NCBI RefSeq assembly: GCF_009914755.1 | Contig: NC_060938.1 | Origin: the human T2T-CHM13v2.0 reference genome, Homo sapiens | Length of the DNA: 64,000 nt | Direction: 5' to 3' (one strand) | Part shown: piece after piece, positions 12,887 through 34,376 of the stretch | How positions within the stretch are numbered: position 1 is the stretch's first letter | Layout of the letters: each line of letters starts with the position of its first letter | Position numbers and translations under genes: made by a program | The notes under the pieces: generated by a model | Seen by the model: only the letters and a program-made list of their open reading frames with translations | Database searches by the model: none | Told to the model about the DNA's origin: nothing

Positions 12887-13390
12887 GTATCAGTTTCCTA
12901 TGGCCACTATAACAAATTACCACAAACTTGGTAGCTTAAAACAAGAAATAATTATTTCCTCCCAGTTTTGGGGGCCAGAAGTTCAAAATGGGTATCACTG
13001 GGCTGAAACCAAGGTGTCAGCAGCACATTGTTCTCTGAAGGCTCTATAGAAGAATCCATTCCTTGTCTCTTCTGGCTTTTGGTGGCTGCTAATATTCCTT
13101 GGGTTATGGCCACATCACTTCAGTCTGCAAGAATAGCACCTTCAAATCTCTCTGTCTTCACATTGCTTTCTCTTCTGCGTGTCTGTGTCAAAATCTCCCT
13201 CTCCTCTCTCATATAATGATACTTATGACTTTATTTAATACCTCCCAGACGATCCAGGATAATCTCTCCATCTCTTGACACTTAAGTAAGCACATATGCC
13301 AAAAGCTTTTTTTCAAACAAGGTAATATTTAGAGGCTTCAGGGATTAGGAATATTTATATTTAGAACCATTATTCAGCCTATTATAGTAC
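12887..13390 (-). mobile_element. MLT1D-like MaLR solo LTR
   Basis: tgtatcagtttcctatggccactataacaaattaccacaaactt...cactgggctgaaaccaaggtgtcagc...gatccaggataatctc. Confidence 0.85.
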
Positions 13391-14927
13391 CTACCGTCCA
13401 ACTGATGTTTAAAATTTTACAATGGAAATTATGGGTGTTTTCCATCATATTAGCATAAACCTTTCTCAATCAATGCCTTTGCTATAGAGCATGCCCAGGA
13501 TGAGTATTATGTATTTTGATTTTCAGTTCTTAAGTTTAGAAGCAATGTTTTCATTTTTTCACTATTACAGAAATGTCGTAATGATTAGTGAAGGTGCTGC
13601 AGTGACCTGTACTATAACTTTTGTTAAATCTCATAGGTATGGGATGAGTACTAGGTTTTAGTGGTGGTAAGAGGAAACATAGTTCCATCTGTATGGTTTC
13701 ATTTTTCTTAGTAAAGAAATGCAATTGTGTATTATTTATTTACTTTAAATAATTAAATAATAAATAAAATAAATGTTTAAATATAGCTTGGTTTTTGACA
13801 CTATTACTCATTTGAACTTTTATTATCAATGTTTATGATGTATCTCAATCTTAATTTCTAAACTTTGAATGATTGTTTTTTGTTGAAAGATCAAAGCAAC
13901 AAAACAAAACAAAAATTATAATGATAGCTTACCTGAGTTTCCGAAATTATTAAAAAGCACAGTGGTTCCAGTTCTGGCAAAGCACTACTTACATTGAACT
14001 CACTGAATTGCAACCATAATAATAGGGCATTATAGAAATCATTTGCTAAACTAGTATGATTTTGATGCTACTGAGACTAATTTCTTAAATTAGACTATAG
14101 TAATAACAATAAAAATTTGAAGAGTAATTTGATGCTTTGAGAAGAATTAGTTAAATACAGCATAATCTAATCAAAAGTTGGTTATCGTTGCTGAAAGTGT
14201 TAAATTTATAATTACCACTTTACACTTTATGTTAATATCTACTTAGATCTACTTTTCATCAAACTAGTTTATAAATAGCCCAAGTGCAAAATCTAAGATT
14301 AAGTCATGTTTGTTTACTTAAACTAAATATATTTAAATGAATGAGTGAACAAATTGAGAAAATTAACTTCTAAGGATCTCTAAGATATGAGCACTATCTG
14401 AAGCTGTGATTATAGTGATTGTTTATTAACCAGAGGAGAGCTTTCCTAGCAAGAAATGCTCATAGTTCAAACTTTCTTAGCAGTTGTATTTGACAATAAG
14501 CAGGCATGAGAAGTTTAGAACTTGAGAGCAGGCTTACAAGTAATCAATACAAATAAGTTGTGATAAGTATATTGTATTTTCTGGCCTCAGAAGATGTTTA
14601 CTCTTTCTGGGTAAATTGACTTAGTATCTCAAATCAATACCAGAATTCAGATCAGGTGTCTGGAATACTATTATATTTCTACCAGAGTAAGGAATATCTC
14701 CTACACAATTGCATTTGACTATGTTTTAGCATTTCAGTAGTCGATCAAGGCAGTCATCTTTTGATGTGTGGGTCTGAGTTCTCTCATTTACATCCTAATT
14801 ATATTTATATTAATTTTCTATAAGGATATAGCAGAATTAAATTAAGAATATAGTTTTGAAATATAATTTATGATATGAAAATCTTTTTAAAGTGGAATGT
14901 TACTTTTAAATTAAATGAGGTATGATT

Positions 14928-16968
<2,041 letters not shown>

Positions 16969-17179
16969 AATTAAATGAAGTATAATTTGAAAATAAAATA
17001 GATAAGTTCCAGTAACATGAAAGAAAACATCTTTGAAGAGATTGTAGTTTTTCCCACTGGAACTCCTTAATCTAGATCTTCTGCCAAAAGCAGATCTTTT
17101 TCTTTTTATTTAGAAATGCACAGAGCTATTTTAATTTGATTTATTTTGGATTAGAAAAGACTTTATTATTCTTCATGTT

Positions 17180-19000
17180 ATTTTATTTTATTTATTTTTT
17201 AAATTTTTATCTTTAATTTTCATGGGTACATAGTAGTAAATATTTATGGGGTACATGAGATATTTTGATGCAGGCATACAATGCATAATAATCATTTCAG
17301 GATAAATGAGGTATCCATCACCTCAAGCATTTATCATTTCTTTGTGTTACAAACATTCCAATTATACTCTTTTAGTTATTTTAAAATATACAATTATTTT
17401 TGACTATAGTCATCCATTGTACTATGAAACACTAGATTCCATTCATTCTGTGTAACTGTATTTTGCACCCATTAACCATCCCCACTTTCACCTCCTCCCC
17501 TGCTGGCCTTCCCAGCCTCTGGTAAACATCATTCCACTTTCTATCTCCATAAGTTCAATTGTTTTAATTAGTCCCCACAAGTGAGTGAAAACATGTGAAT
17601 GTTGTCTTTCTGTACCTCACTTCACTTAACACCATGACCTCCACTTGCATCCATGTTGCAAATAACAGGATCCCATTCTTTTTATGGTTCAATAGTACTC
17701 CATTGTGTATATGCATGATATGGTTTGGTTGTGTCCCCACCCAAATCTCATCTTGAATTGTAGCTCCCATAATTCCTATATGTTGTAGGAGGGACCCACT
17801 GGGAGATAATTGAATCATGGGAGGCAGTTTTCACCTTACTGTTCTCATGGTAGTGAATAAGTCTCACAAGATCTGATAGTTTTTATAAGGAGTTTCCCCT
17901 TTCACTTGGCTTTCCTTCTGTCTTTCCTGCCATCATGTAAGACATGCCTTTCATCTTCTGCCATGATTGTGAGGCCTCCCCAGCCACGTGGAACTATGAG
18001 TCCATTAAATCTTTTTCTTTATAAATTACCCAGTCTCAAGTATATCTTTATCAGCAGCATTAGAATGGACTAATACAATGTACCACATTTTCTTTATCCA
18101 CTCATCTGTTGATGGACACTTAGGTTGCTTCCAAATCTTGGCTATTGTGAAGTGCTGCAATAAGCATGGGAGTATAGATAACTAGTTGGTATACTGATTT
18201 CCTTTCTTATGGGTATATACCCAGCACTGGGATCGCTGGATCATATGATAGCTTTAGTTTTAGTTTTTAAAAGAACCTTCATACTTCTCTCCATAGTGGC
18301 TTACTAATTTATATTCCCACCAACAATGTATGAGGTTTCCCTTTACTCCATATTCTCACCAGCACTTGTTATTACCTGTCTTTTGGATAAAAGCCATTTT
18401 AACTGGGGTAAGATGATATCTCATCATGGTTTTGATTTGCATATCTCTGATGATCAATTATTTTGAGCATCTTTTCATATACTTGTTTGCTTTTCATATG
18501 TCTTCTTTTGAGAAATATCTATCATATCTTTTGCCCATTTAAAAATTGTGTTATTAGATTTTTCCCTATTAAGTTTTTTGAACTCATTATATATTATAGT
18601 TATTAATTCCTTGTTATATCCTCTTGCTGAATTGACCCCTTTATCATTGTGTTATAACCTTCTTTGTCTTTTTTTATAGTTTTTGTCTTGAAATCTGTTT
18701 TGTCTTATATAAGTATAGTTACTCCTCTCTTTTTTGGTTTCCTTTGGCATGGAATATTTTTTTCCATCCCTTTATTTTCAGTATATGTGTGTCTTTATAG
18801 GTGATGTGTGTTTCTTATAGGCAACATATTGTTGGGTCTTGTTTTGTAATCCATTCAGCCACTCTACATCTTTTGATTGGAGAGGTTAGTCCATTTACAT
18901 TCAACATGATTATTTATAAGTAAGGACTTACTATTGCCATTTTGTTATTTGTTTTCTGGTTGTTTTGCGGTCTTTTCTTCCTTTCTTCTTTCCTGTAGTT
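17180..19000 (-). mobile_element. L1MA-family fragment: 3' end joined to the ORF2 start region, split by THE1
   Basis: 3' end catgggtacatagtag...gtatccatcacctcaagcatttatc. At ~18615 it jumps to tatcctcttgctgaattgacccc, which is endonuclease-region sequence. Confidence 0.82.
17716..18077 (+). mobile_element. THE1 MaLR solo LTR
   Basis: tgatatggtttggttgtgtccccacccaaatctcatc...ggactaataca; TSD atgca/atgta. Confidence 0.93.
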
Positions 19001-20658
19001 TGACTTTATTGTTATTTTATGGTATTATATCCCTTTAACTTCAGATAAAAAATATACCACCAAATTATTTTCATTTCTTCTTTTAAAGTGAGATTAAGCT
19101 TCAATTCCTTAGCAAGATTCTTCAAATGATTAACTGCACTCAAGAGAATTTATTGAGTACTCGCTTTGCTTAAGGGGAAAGGATTGGGTGACAGAAGAGA
19201 GGACAAAGTAGAAGACATTGGAACTATCTATAAGAGTTTATAGCCTAGTTGTGGAGATAATACAGATGCCCATTGAGCATATGGCTGCCTGTGGTCCAGA
19301 GTCTCCAGAAGAGGCTGAAGGGGAGTCTGATGAAGGAAGAGCAGCTACAGACCCTCTCATCTTGCAAGGAAACCTTTCAAGATGAGTAAGTTGTTGAATA
19401 TGTTGGGAAGAACATGACTATTTTTAGGGAAATAACTGCCTATTGGCAGGTGGGTGGGAGTTCATGGGAACTCTATGCATCAAGGTCCTTGTTTGCATAC
19501 TCCAAGTTCAATAGAATTACTAAAGCCAAGAGAAGCAAGAGGGTTAGGACAAGAGCACCAGCCCCAAAAGCTGTTTGCTGATTCTGGGGCAATAGTTGCA
19601 TCTCTCTGTACTAGATTTATATTTTTTCTTCTGGGTGGGTGGAAAATGATTCAGTTTATATCCATACTCAGAGAGAGGAGGATTTGTGCAGATCCTGATT
19701 ACCACAGTATTAGGAAATTTACAACAGCACCCCAAGCATTATATAACTATTCTGCAAATGTTGGATTAGAAAATTTGCTTCTTTGGAGAGCTATTATCTT
19801 TAGGGAGAATTTTTTAAGAATGCACTTTAACTTAATTTAGTGCTTATTTTTCAGGCATAACTAGAAAATATTTCATTAATATACTTCAATTCAAGCTGTC
19901 CCTAACCTTGCCAGTCACAGATAAGATTAGAAAACAATATTTCAAAAATTTCTGGCTCTATTTTTACCACTCTCACTTGCTAATTTAGGGCATCAAGCTT
20001 TCTGAAAATTCTTCTCTGAGTAGGATGACTATCATGACTGATGAAAAATGTAGCCAAAATTTATGCTTGTTATATCAGTGTCTTGTCTTGTTTTGCATTT
20101 GTCCCAGATTTCTGTGTTTTTTTTTTTAACAATTTATTATTATTTATCTTTGCATTAGAATACACCTGTGTGGATTTGCTAGACACCCTCTTGGTATGCC
20201 CACTTTCTGCCTTGTTCTTTTCTGGTAATGTGTGAGAGTCACATGCAATAACAGAGTTCTCACTTTAATACACATTTATATCTGAAAGCATGACTAATGA
20301 TAATTCTCTCTTCACAGCCCTTTCCAGACTCAATGTAATACCTCTCTTTCAAGGACAGTGTGAAGAGTGATAACATCATGTTTTGTGGACAGGATGGCTA
20401 TTTTGCCTTTGAGATGGTGGTCAGAAAAATATTTGGCACTTGATATATTAACCAGTTATCTCCTGGCCTGTAGAGTTTTTTTTTTCCCAACAGGAAGATT
20501 AAATTTATCCTACATAAGCAAGGAAAAAACTAATCCAAACTAAACAAGTGCTTAAATAAGGTACATAATTTAATTCTGAAATTTTATAATTGTGTCTTGA
20601 CTTCTGGGAAGAACATTTTGATGGAGCTATAATGTTTAATTAGATCAATTTATATTCT

Positions 20659-21115
20659 TTATGGGAATGAGATAAAAGGGAGAAAGCCTATGATTTTGCA
20701 GCATGCACAACTAATGAGATTTAGTAAGACTTTTAAATAGAGAAAAGCTTTTCTTAACAAATATTTTAGAAGAAAATTCTCAATGGCGACAAAAGAAAAT
20801 TATCAATGGAGACAAAACGACAGTAGCAATACTTGGCCTAAACTATTTAAATGGGATATTTATGGGAATAATATTTTATGGGAAAAATATTTTATGGGAA
20901 AATAATATTTATGGGAAGAAAATTATGGGAATGAGATAAAAGGGAGAAAGCCTATGATTTTGCAGCATGCATAACTAATGAAATTTCATAAGACTCATAA
21001 ATAGAGAAAAGCTTTTCTCAACAAACATTTTAGAAGAAAATTCTCAATGGAGACAAAAGAAAATTCTCAATGGAGACAAAAAGACAGTAGCAATAGTTGG
21101 GGTAAAATATTTAAA
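20659..21115. repeat. Diverged tandem duplication of ~193 bp with a micro-repeat spacer
   Basis: Copies at 20659-20851 and 20923-21115 both begin ttatgggaatgagataaaagggagaaagcctatgattttgcagcatgc. Confidence 0.92.
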
Positions 21116-22444
21116 CACTGAAACAACAAAATTGGAATTGAGAATATTCCATATCTGGAATATTTTTTTTCTGTGGGTTTTCTAGGTGCCTCAGTGTCTA
21201 TTGAGAGTATATTTCTGCTCAGTTAAAATATTGTCTATAGAAAAGAGTTAATTTTAGGTTTCTGTACATCTATTATATATCAATAAATAAAAATAAAATA
21301 TACAGAAAAAATTTTAGGCCTCAACAGTTTCAAATTTACTAATCACAAAATGCAATTTTGAGATGATTGCAAATAATTTTATATATAAGGCTCTTTTTAA
21401 ATATATACATTGTTCTGTAAAATACCATTGACATGGTATTACAAACAGATATAGTTGAAAAGCTGATTAGAAGATTGTGACTATATTCAAAGGCTGATCT
21501 GCTTACATTATTTTTTCATGTTCAGATAATAAAAATAAAGTAGTACTTTTTCTTTAGTTCAATATACCTTGAGGAATGTATATTTTTTAAGAAAACTTTT
21601 CCTTTTGGAAATATTTTTTAATTGATCTGTTTTATAAGAACAACTCTATGACAAAATCAACTTATTTGTCCATAAAAAAGTTTAAAATTATTTAAATTTG
21701 CTTATTTATAACAACCCCCTACACTCTCAGTTCTGTCTCTGTTTGGATGATAAGTACCTTTCCTTCAGGCACATGTAGGAATTCCTAGGACATTTCTTAT
21801 AAATGGTGCAATAAGTTGACATATCCAGGGCCCTGCTGAAACTCTGCCTTTTCAGCCAGAGTCCCCACTATTCTGTCAGGTTCATGCCTCTGCCAGGTGT
21901 TACTACTGCTTGGTAGGAACTGTGGTAGGTGTCATGGGGTTGGCAGGCAACAGTGTCCTGTAGCGCAGACTGGAGTGCTGCTTGGTGGTACAATGGTTCC
22001 TCTGCCTTGAGAAGGCCGATGGTGACCCTTAGATCAGAGGAGAAGTTGGGGAGGCATAGTGTCTCCCATTTGTCTTAGCTCTCTTACAGGGTCCTGAAAA
22101 GTATGGCTGTGCTTCTGTGATTTACAGTGTTTTTAGTGAACTTGCTTAAGTTTTTGCTTAGTGTCCATCTGATTCTAGGATGTGTCTAAAGACTTCCCTT
22201 TCAAATAGATACTTGTCAGTCTATCCTCAAGTTTATGAGACATTTCCAGATATATATCAGACTTAGCAGTGGCATAACTTGAGTTGTTTCACAGGAGACG
22301 CCTGACCTCTTTCTTGCAAATAGGCTTCTCTCAACCTGTCTTGCCAGCTAAAGTCTGAATTCCCACAGTGGGCACAGCCTAGACTCAAATTTAGAATTCC
22401 ACTGAACTTAACAAGTAACAAAGTGTTTAGAACAACTCTATCTT

Positions 22445-23225
22445 GAAGGCATTCAACAAGTATCTATCAGGTGTCTACAATAGGATAGACACAGTGTTGC
22501 CAGTTACATAAAGATATCTAAGTTATGGTTCTTCAAGAATTTTGGTCTAATAGACACATAGTAATGCATAATTATAATACATTGTGATGACTTATGTATT
22601 ATTAGTTTATCGAAGTATAATGATAACATTATAACACAAGGGGGATATGCATATGCAAAGAGATGGAGATACAAAAGAGGAAACTATGACTTCAGAGTCC
22701 TGGAGTGTAGAGGTTTGCTTACGGTTGGGGAGAGTGGAGAGGAGGGGTTGAAGCTAGTGGTGTGGAATGTAGATTGAAGGGTAGACACAGATCAAGTATA
22801 AATATAATATTCACTGTTAAAGAACATGGATGATTTAAAATCACTGGAAGATTTTAAATATGGAAGAGAATTGTACTTATACACGTTTTAAAGAGATGAC
22901 TCTGGTTGGAGAAGATGAGTATGGATTAGGTTGCACTGGTTACCCGATGAAAACGAGACAGAAAGATGAATGAGAGTATTGCAATTGTCTAAACAATGCA
23001 CAGTGGCAATAGAGAGGGTATTTCAGATTTGTATATTATTTAGGATGCAGAATAAATATGGCTCAGTGACTGGATCTAAGCGTTGTGTGAGAGAGCAGTA
23101 GAAGTCTCTGAAGACACCTGGATTTCTGATCTGGATATCTCTGTGATGTACTTCAAACAGGAAATACAGGATAGGAAAACATTTAGGGAGGAGAAATAAT
23201 GAGTTCTGTATTAGAAATGACTAGT
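22445..23225 (-). mobile_element. L2 LINE fragment
   Basis: attcaacaagtatctatcaggtgtctac..., aatcactggaagattttaa, gatgactctggttg and aatgagttctg match antisense L2 3' sequence. Confidence 0.65.
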
Positions 23226-25358
23226 TAAAGGAGGAAGCAGGAACGGAAAAAGGAGATAAAATGCAGAGAGAAAAGAGGCAGGAAAAACAAATATGGGAAG
23301 AGATAAAGGCAGAAAAACAACATAAGAGAAAATTATAAAAGATGCAGAGTGACATGTAAGTTTATATTTGAGGAATAATTCTATTTCATTTCTTGGTAGT
23401 ATGTACCTAGAAGCAATGTCTGTTTTGATTTTGCAGTTATAGGCATTGCTGTTGTTTTTTATTCATGATTACAAATCGAGTAAGACAAAGATCGGGTTTT
23501 TAAGTTGGAGGAAAGTGAAGAATGGCATGGAAAAGGGAGAGAAAATAAGATAGGTCCATCCTGGTTATCCTGCAGTAAAACCTGTTTTTTTCTATGATTT
23601 CAGCTCTTGGAAAGGAATTTGCATCTTTAAGATTAGAATTCCAGGGAAACCAACTTAAGTTTTTAACTGGATTCATATTCAGTTAACATATTGAAAACTG
23701 AGGAGCAAGAAAGATGGGGTACATAAAGAAAAGAAAATGGTTGACTTTAGTTTCTTTCTTGACTAGATAGCCATAACTACCTGTAAAGGCACAAGTAAGG
23801 CATAGAATCATGGAGTTGGAAAGAATTCTTATAGACTAGTTTCTAATCGTTGCTTCCATAATTGTTTTCACATAAAAATAACCACACAAGCTTGCCTGAC
23901 CAAGTAGTTTTACATTTACAGAACTATTTGGTGGGATGGTATGGTTGGTTTACGAGTGAATATAACACATCTAAATAAACATGCCAAGAAGTACTCATAA
24001 AGAATTGATTTTTTAAAGGGAATATAAGCCTTGTCAAAACTGTGAACCTTACAACAATCAACATTTTATTAATAAAGCTGTTAAGAAAGATAAATTGTTT
24101 GAATTTTTCTTCATGATATCACTATGTACCAAAAATATTCTCTATAAATTTTGTCCTGAAATCACTAAGGGCAGATATGTTTTGAAATATGATTTATATT
24201 AGAATATCCAGTCAACATCCAATTGATTTTCAGTTCCTGAAACTGTGGCTTTAAATTTAATCAATGCAGAGTACGGGATCAGTAATTAAACAGTAATTTT
24301 TTTCAAGTGGAGGAAGTTAATATTGTAAATTTCTTAACCATGAATAGGTTCAGGCTCTTAATGTTTTGGTAAATAATTCTGGGAACAAAACAAAGCTTTC
24401 AATTACATTATTATTTGGGGCCTTAGTAAGTGGAATGTAAACAAAAGCATTATATATAAAACTATCACAGCAAAGGTGTGTGACAACCCGAGAATGACTT
24501 TACTAACTTAAGAGACAGCCTCTTCAGATATATAAGGACTATCTGATTCTTTTGATCACTCACCTGCCAACTCATAAGAGATGTGCATGGAAAGCAAACA
24601 GTTGTGCTGGGCAGAAGAACAAAATTAGGCAAGAAATGATCAAGCTTCTAACAGATGGCTTTTCAGAAATGGCAACAGTAATCTCTCTAACATCTCTGTG
24701 GCGAATACAGAAATTACAATTACTTTCAAACTCCAATAGTGTAGAAACTCAGTACTTATTTAGCCAATACTATGAATTCTTTTTCTAGCAGCTCAGAAAT
24801 ACTAGGGAAATAGACCTGGAGTTGCAGTCACCACAGGGTAGGGATTGCTTTCTTCATTCTGTGGCTATCTTGAGATCTTGGCCTGAAACATGCAGGCTGT
24901 GGTGCTATGAGAAAGGACTTGATGGCTCAATGGTGGTCAAATTGGTTGAGAGGGAAGACTGAATTATCTCTTAGTGACACACTGATCCATATGCTATCTC
25001 AAACTTGTGTAAGGAAAATTCAACAAAGTCTTGGCAATTCAGCATGCTGAACTCTGTTGACCACAAGGTGATAAGGTCTATAATGGGAAAATCAACCAGA
25101 GACTTTGCTATAATAAACTTAAACAAGAGTATCCCTAGTGGTCTACACCATCTTTTTCAGCCTAAAAGGAAAAGATGGGGTGCAGTGGTGATATTTCAGA
25201 TAGTTTTTGTAACAAAAACTATCTGAACTTAGCAGTTCAGAACTAATATGTCTCATAGGCCATGTATTATGCACAACATGTACAGAATCAGCTGCAGCCA
25301 GTTGAAATTTGATGTGAATCGGAACACCATGAGGTACTTATTTACTTCAAACAGCTCT

Positions 25359-25666
25359 CTTTTTTTTTTTTTAAGACGGAGCTTCATTCTTGTTGCCCAG
25401 GCTGGAGTAAAATGATGCAAACTTGGCTCACTGCAACCTCTGGCTCACTGCACGTCCGCCTCCCCGGATCAAGTGATTCTCCTGCCTCAGCCTCCGTGGT
25501 AGCTGGGATTACAGGTGCCTGCCACCAGGCCTGGCTAATTTTGTATTTTTAGTAGAGGTGGGGTTTCACCATGTTGATCAGGGTGGTCTCAACCTCCTGA
25601 CCTCAGGTGATCCACCCAGGCCTCCCAAAGTGCTAAGATTACAGGTGTGAGTCACCACGCCTGGCC
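25359..25666 (-). mobile_element. AluS (Sp/Sq-like) with a small internal duplication
   Basis: TSD caaacagctct; tggctcactgca occurs twice at ~25424-25452. Confidence 0.9.
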
Positions 25667-25819
25667 CAAACAGCTCTTCTTTTTGAGAGTTGCTACAAAA
25701 TCAATATGGAATTTCAAATTTTACTTTTTAATGGATTTTAATGCATAAGTAATGCCAGAATACATCTGGAGGATTTTATAGCAAATTCCAGACCTCAGAT
25801 AATCTCACACATTAAAAAC

Positions 25820-29140
<3,321 letters not shown>

Positions 29141-30867
29141 TCAATATGGTTTTAAATCCAACTTTCCTATTCATTTTATTTGGGAAAATGGAATAGAGTA
29201 AGAAGGCATCATAGTTTTCTTTATAGTCAAAATCATGTTATCCTCCAGATGTAGTTTATAGCTAATGCTGTAAATCTCTTTTAAATAATTCTTAGATTTA
29301 TTATACATGCAATAAGACTAAGATATTTGAATGCTGGGATTTACTCATTAAAGACACTGTCTTTAATGGCAGTCCACTCTTGGTGATGGTGATTTGTGAA
29401 TAGCATGAATTTTTTACGCAATTTCCCTTCTGGTATTGTTGGGAGGAAAAACCTGCCAGTTTGTCAGCACTGAATTGTTAATTGAAAAATAGGAAACAGG
29501 GCACTAAGAGAGAAAATAGCAGAGGTAATAGTAACGATTGGTAGCAATGAGGTTGCTCCACAAATTGGAGTACGGTGCTATGAATACTGGATGGGAAACA
29601 AACTGAGACCCCATGAAGGAGTCACTACATCCAACAGGAAAGTACAGCAGAGTGTAGGAAACTAGAAAGCAGAAAGCCTGTGGGAAGTTGATGGCAGCCC
29701 TCTGCTGCTATAGTCCTTTTTCAGAAGTCTTTGATCTCACCCCCATGGACATATTTCAGTTGGTCTTAAATGGGGAAACCAACATTTGGTATTTTCCTTC
29801 TCTCCATCTCTAGTTTAAAAGCACACTTCTGAGAAATACATAAGGTTAATTTTTCTATATCATTAGCCTGAAGATTTGGATCAGAAGATTTCTCCCCCAA
29901 CCCCTTTCTTTCCCAATATCAATGTTTCCTAGTACAGGAAACAACACAATCTGGGATTTTCAGGGGCATGTAGTTACAGGGCTTTTACGTTTAGTATTGC
30001 TCTCAGGGCATTAGACTAACATGTAAGAATAATCTTTGAGCAAAACACTCCAGCATAGAATAGATAATGTCATAATTAAGAATGATGTAAGATATCATAA
30101 GAAAGAGAACCCCAGTGAGGCTAATGACCAGCATAAATTTCAAGTACTTAGCAACAGAGTCAGCTGTGTGATGTTGTGACTCTTGCAGTAACATAAGGGG
30201 CTCCATTGTCAATTTCTGCTGGATTTTGACCCCTAGGTGACATTATTCTTGAACAATGTTCATCCCTTTACATTCTGGACTTTTACAGCTAAGAACACTT
30301 CCAATATTAAACTTGAAATATTTCTGTTAAGATTCTGAATTGTATTCATAATGTTGTACCCTGAGAACTGGTACCTGCGACTGTGTTCCATTTTGGAAGT
30401 ACTTTATAATTCTATTTTTTAGCCTGAAGTAATTCAGCTATACCTGCCTTAGGCTGAAGAAAATATTAAAACCTTGAATAGTCAAAGGAAAGCTTGAAGT
30501 TCCTGCTTTGCTGTTAGAATAGAACATGTGATGCCATGTGTGGTATCTCACTTGGATAAATAATGGTAGCAGTAGGATGGTGGCACTGAAATTTCAATTT
30601 TGTGTTTTGCTTTTATCACTTGGATACCTGAATGTTGTTCTTCTGGAAGTCATTCCAGGTTCATCCTCTGTTGATAGTATATGCCACATTTGCAGTCTTA
30701 GAGATCCAGGTTATTGTGAAGTATTGAGAAGTCAAGAGGTGCACAGAATTTCCAACCTGAAGGTGGTCAACTTGACGTAACCATTGAGATGTATGACTCT
30801 TTGATAACATCCTCAAGCATCTGGTATTGGTGGAAGTGTTAAAGAAGGGGAATGAGTATTTACTGAG

Positions 30868-31265
30868 TGTATTAGTCTGTTCTCACATTGTTATAAAGAA
30901 CTACCTGAGATTGGGTAATTTATGAAGAAAAGAGACTTAGTTTACTCACAGTTCCACAGGCTGTGCAGGAGGCATTGCTGAGGAGGCCTCAGGAAACTTA
31001 CAATCATAGCAAAAGGTGAAGGTGAAGCAGGCACAGTCTTCACACGGCTGGAGAAGGAGAGAGACAACAAAGGGAGAAGTGCTACCCACTTTCAAACAGC
31101 CAGATCTCTTGAGAACTCTGTCATGAGACAGCAATAGGGAGATAGTGCTAAACCATTAGAAACCACCCCCATGATCCAATCACCCCCCAGCAAGCCCCAC
31201 CTCCAACAATGGGGATCACAGTTCAACATGAGATTCTGGTGGGGACACAGAGCCAAACCATATCA
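30868..31265 (-). mobile_element. MSTA-like MaLR solo LTR
   Basis: tgtattagtctgttctcacattg...ggaggcctcaggaaacttacaatc...gagccaaaccatatca; TSD ctgag. Confidence 0.9.
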
Positions 31266-31490
31266 CTGAGCATTTCCTATATGACAAGTAATCTGTCAAG
31301 TGCTTTACATAAATGCCTTACATAATCCTCATGACAAAACCTAAGTGGTATTACTGCATTAATTTTTAAATCAGGAAAATGAAGTTCTAAAAGTCTAAGT
31401 AATTTGCCTAGTGATACACAGACCACAAGTAGTGGGACACATGTTTGAATTCAGATTTATTGGCTTGGTTCCCTTCTACCATGCCTCACT
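31266..31490 (-). mobile_element. MIR fragment (host of the MST insertion)
   Basis: aagtgctttacataa...taatcctcatgacaa...aagtaatttgcc...tttgaattcag. Confidence 0.7.
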
Positions 31491-32789
31491 GAATCTCTCA
31501 CTAGCATAAGATTAATCTTTAAAAGACTGCAACCACCAGTAGGAGCAGTAAAATGCTGTTTAACAGGGCTGGATGTGGGTGTTGTGGAAGGGCCTTATTA
31601 ATATATTTACAGGTATATTTGTAATTGCCACAAATCTCACTTTAACCAGCACATTTGATGTGGTTTATTTAGGATATGTGGCTGATTGAAAGACACTACT
31701 AAAATACTAAAAATATTTTTTCTTTCTTAGACTAAAATACTTACACTTATTCTAGTGAGTTGCTGTAATGTTAAATATAGATACAATAACACTGGTTTCT
31801 TTTCATAAATTGAAATCATAAGATGTTTTGAATGTGAGCAAATATTGGGAAATTTTAAAACTCTATTTATGGCATCTTTATGGCTTTGAATATCCTATGA
31901 CATAAAATGTGTCCAAGACTCCCTTTCTAATCAGACATAATCATGATGGGGGTGGGGAGAAGACAGGCCTTACATTAGGTGATGAAAGCACTCAAAGCCT
32001 TGACTATGGTTTAAATAAGACAAACTTTAAGTAGAGGGTCACATGACTTTTTAGTATGAACTCTTTTCATCTCTGGAACTCTTTGCCATCTTTAATAATA
32101 AGAAGTAGAGCTTCAAAGCTTACAACTTGTGAGAATCCAGGTGACTGTAATGGGTTCTTCTGTGCTTACTTTACCTGAACTGAGTGAATAACTATGGACA
32201 TCTCAGAAGGTCAAGTGGCTAAAACTTGTCTTTAAATAACTAATTCTGTCAGATCTTCTCATTCTGAATCAAGGATGAGGCACCAAAAATGTTTAAGATC
32301 TAGGAGTGCTAAGAAAGATATAAAAGAGGATTTTAAATTTTGTAATTGCATTCCAACAAATAGATGATCTGTCTGCCTTTAAGCACCTGGATGTTGAGAG
32401 CTTAATGTAATTGACCTCATACAGGTTGTGAAGAAAATTAGAAATGCAGTCTCATGCTGAGAGCTATCAACAACTTGGATCTAGCCTGAGGCTCAGCTTT
32501 TACTACCTAAAAACATACATGTATTTATTTCCCAAAGTGCATTACTTAGAACACTAGTCCTATAAGACACTCCGTGGAAAAAAATGTTCCATAGTTAAAT
32601 TTAATTTTGGGAAATAGCATATATCTATCTCTTAGATAATTATAATACACTTTAACGTATAAAATAAGGTTTCTGATAATTCAGATAGTAAATGAAAACC
32701 AAAAACAACAAAAAATTATTTAACTTTGTTTTCTATTTATCCTAATGATGTCTCTCTCTCTCTCAACACAGACACATACTCATCACTCC

Positions 32790-34375
<1,586 letters not shown>

Positions 34376-34376
34376 A

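Noticed and set aside
19454-19840. 128-aa ORF containing ERRICADPDY, reminiscent of the chemokine 'ICADP' motif
   Set aside because: No signal peptide, no CC/CXC cysteines, no conserved downstream Trp and no convincing splice sites. Most likely chance.
20851-20930. Short repeated units resembling a CRISPR-like or iteron array
   Set aside because: Units are irregular, lack unique spacers and derive from the duplication junction; the context is primate DNA.
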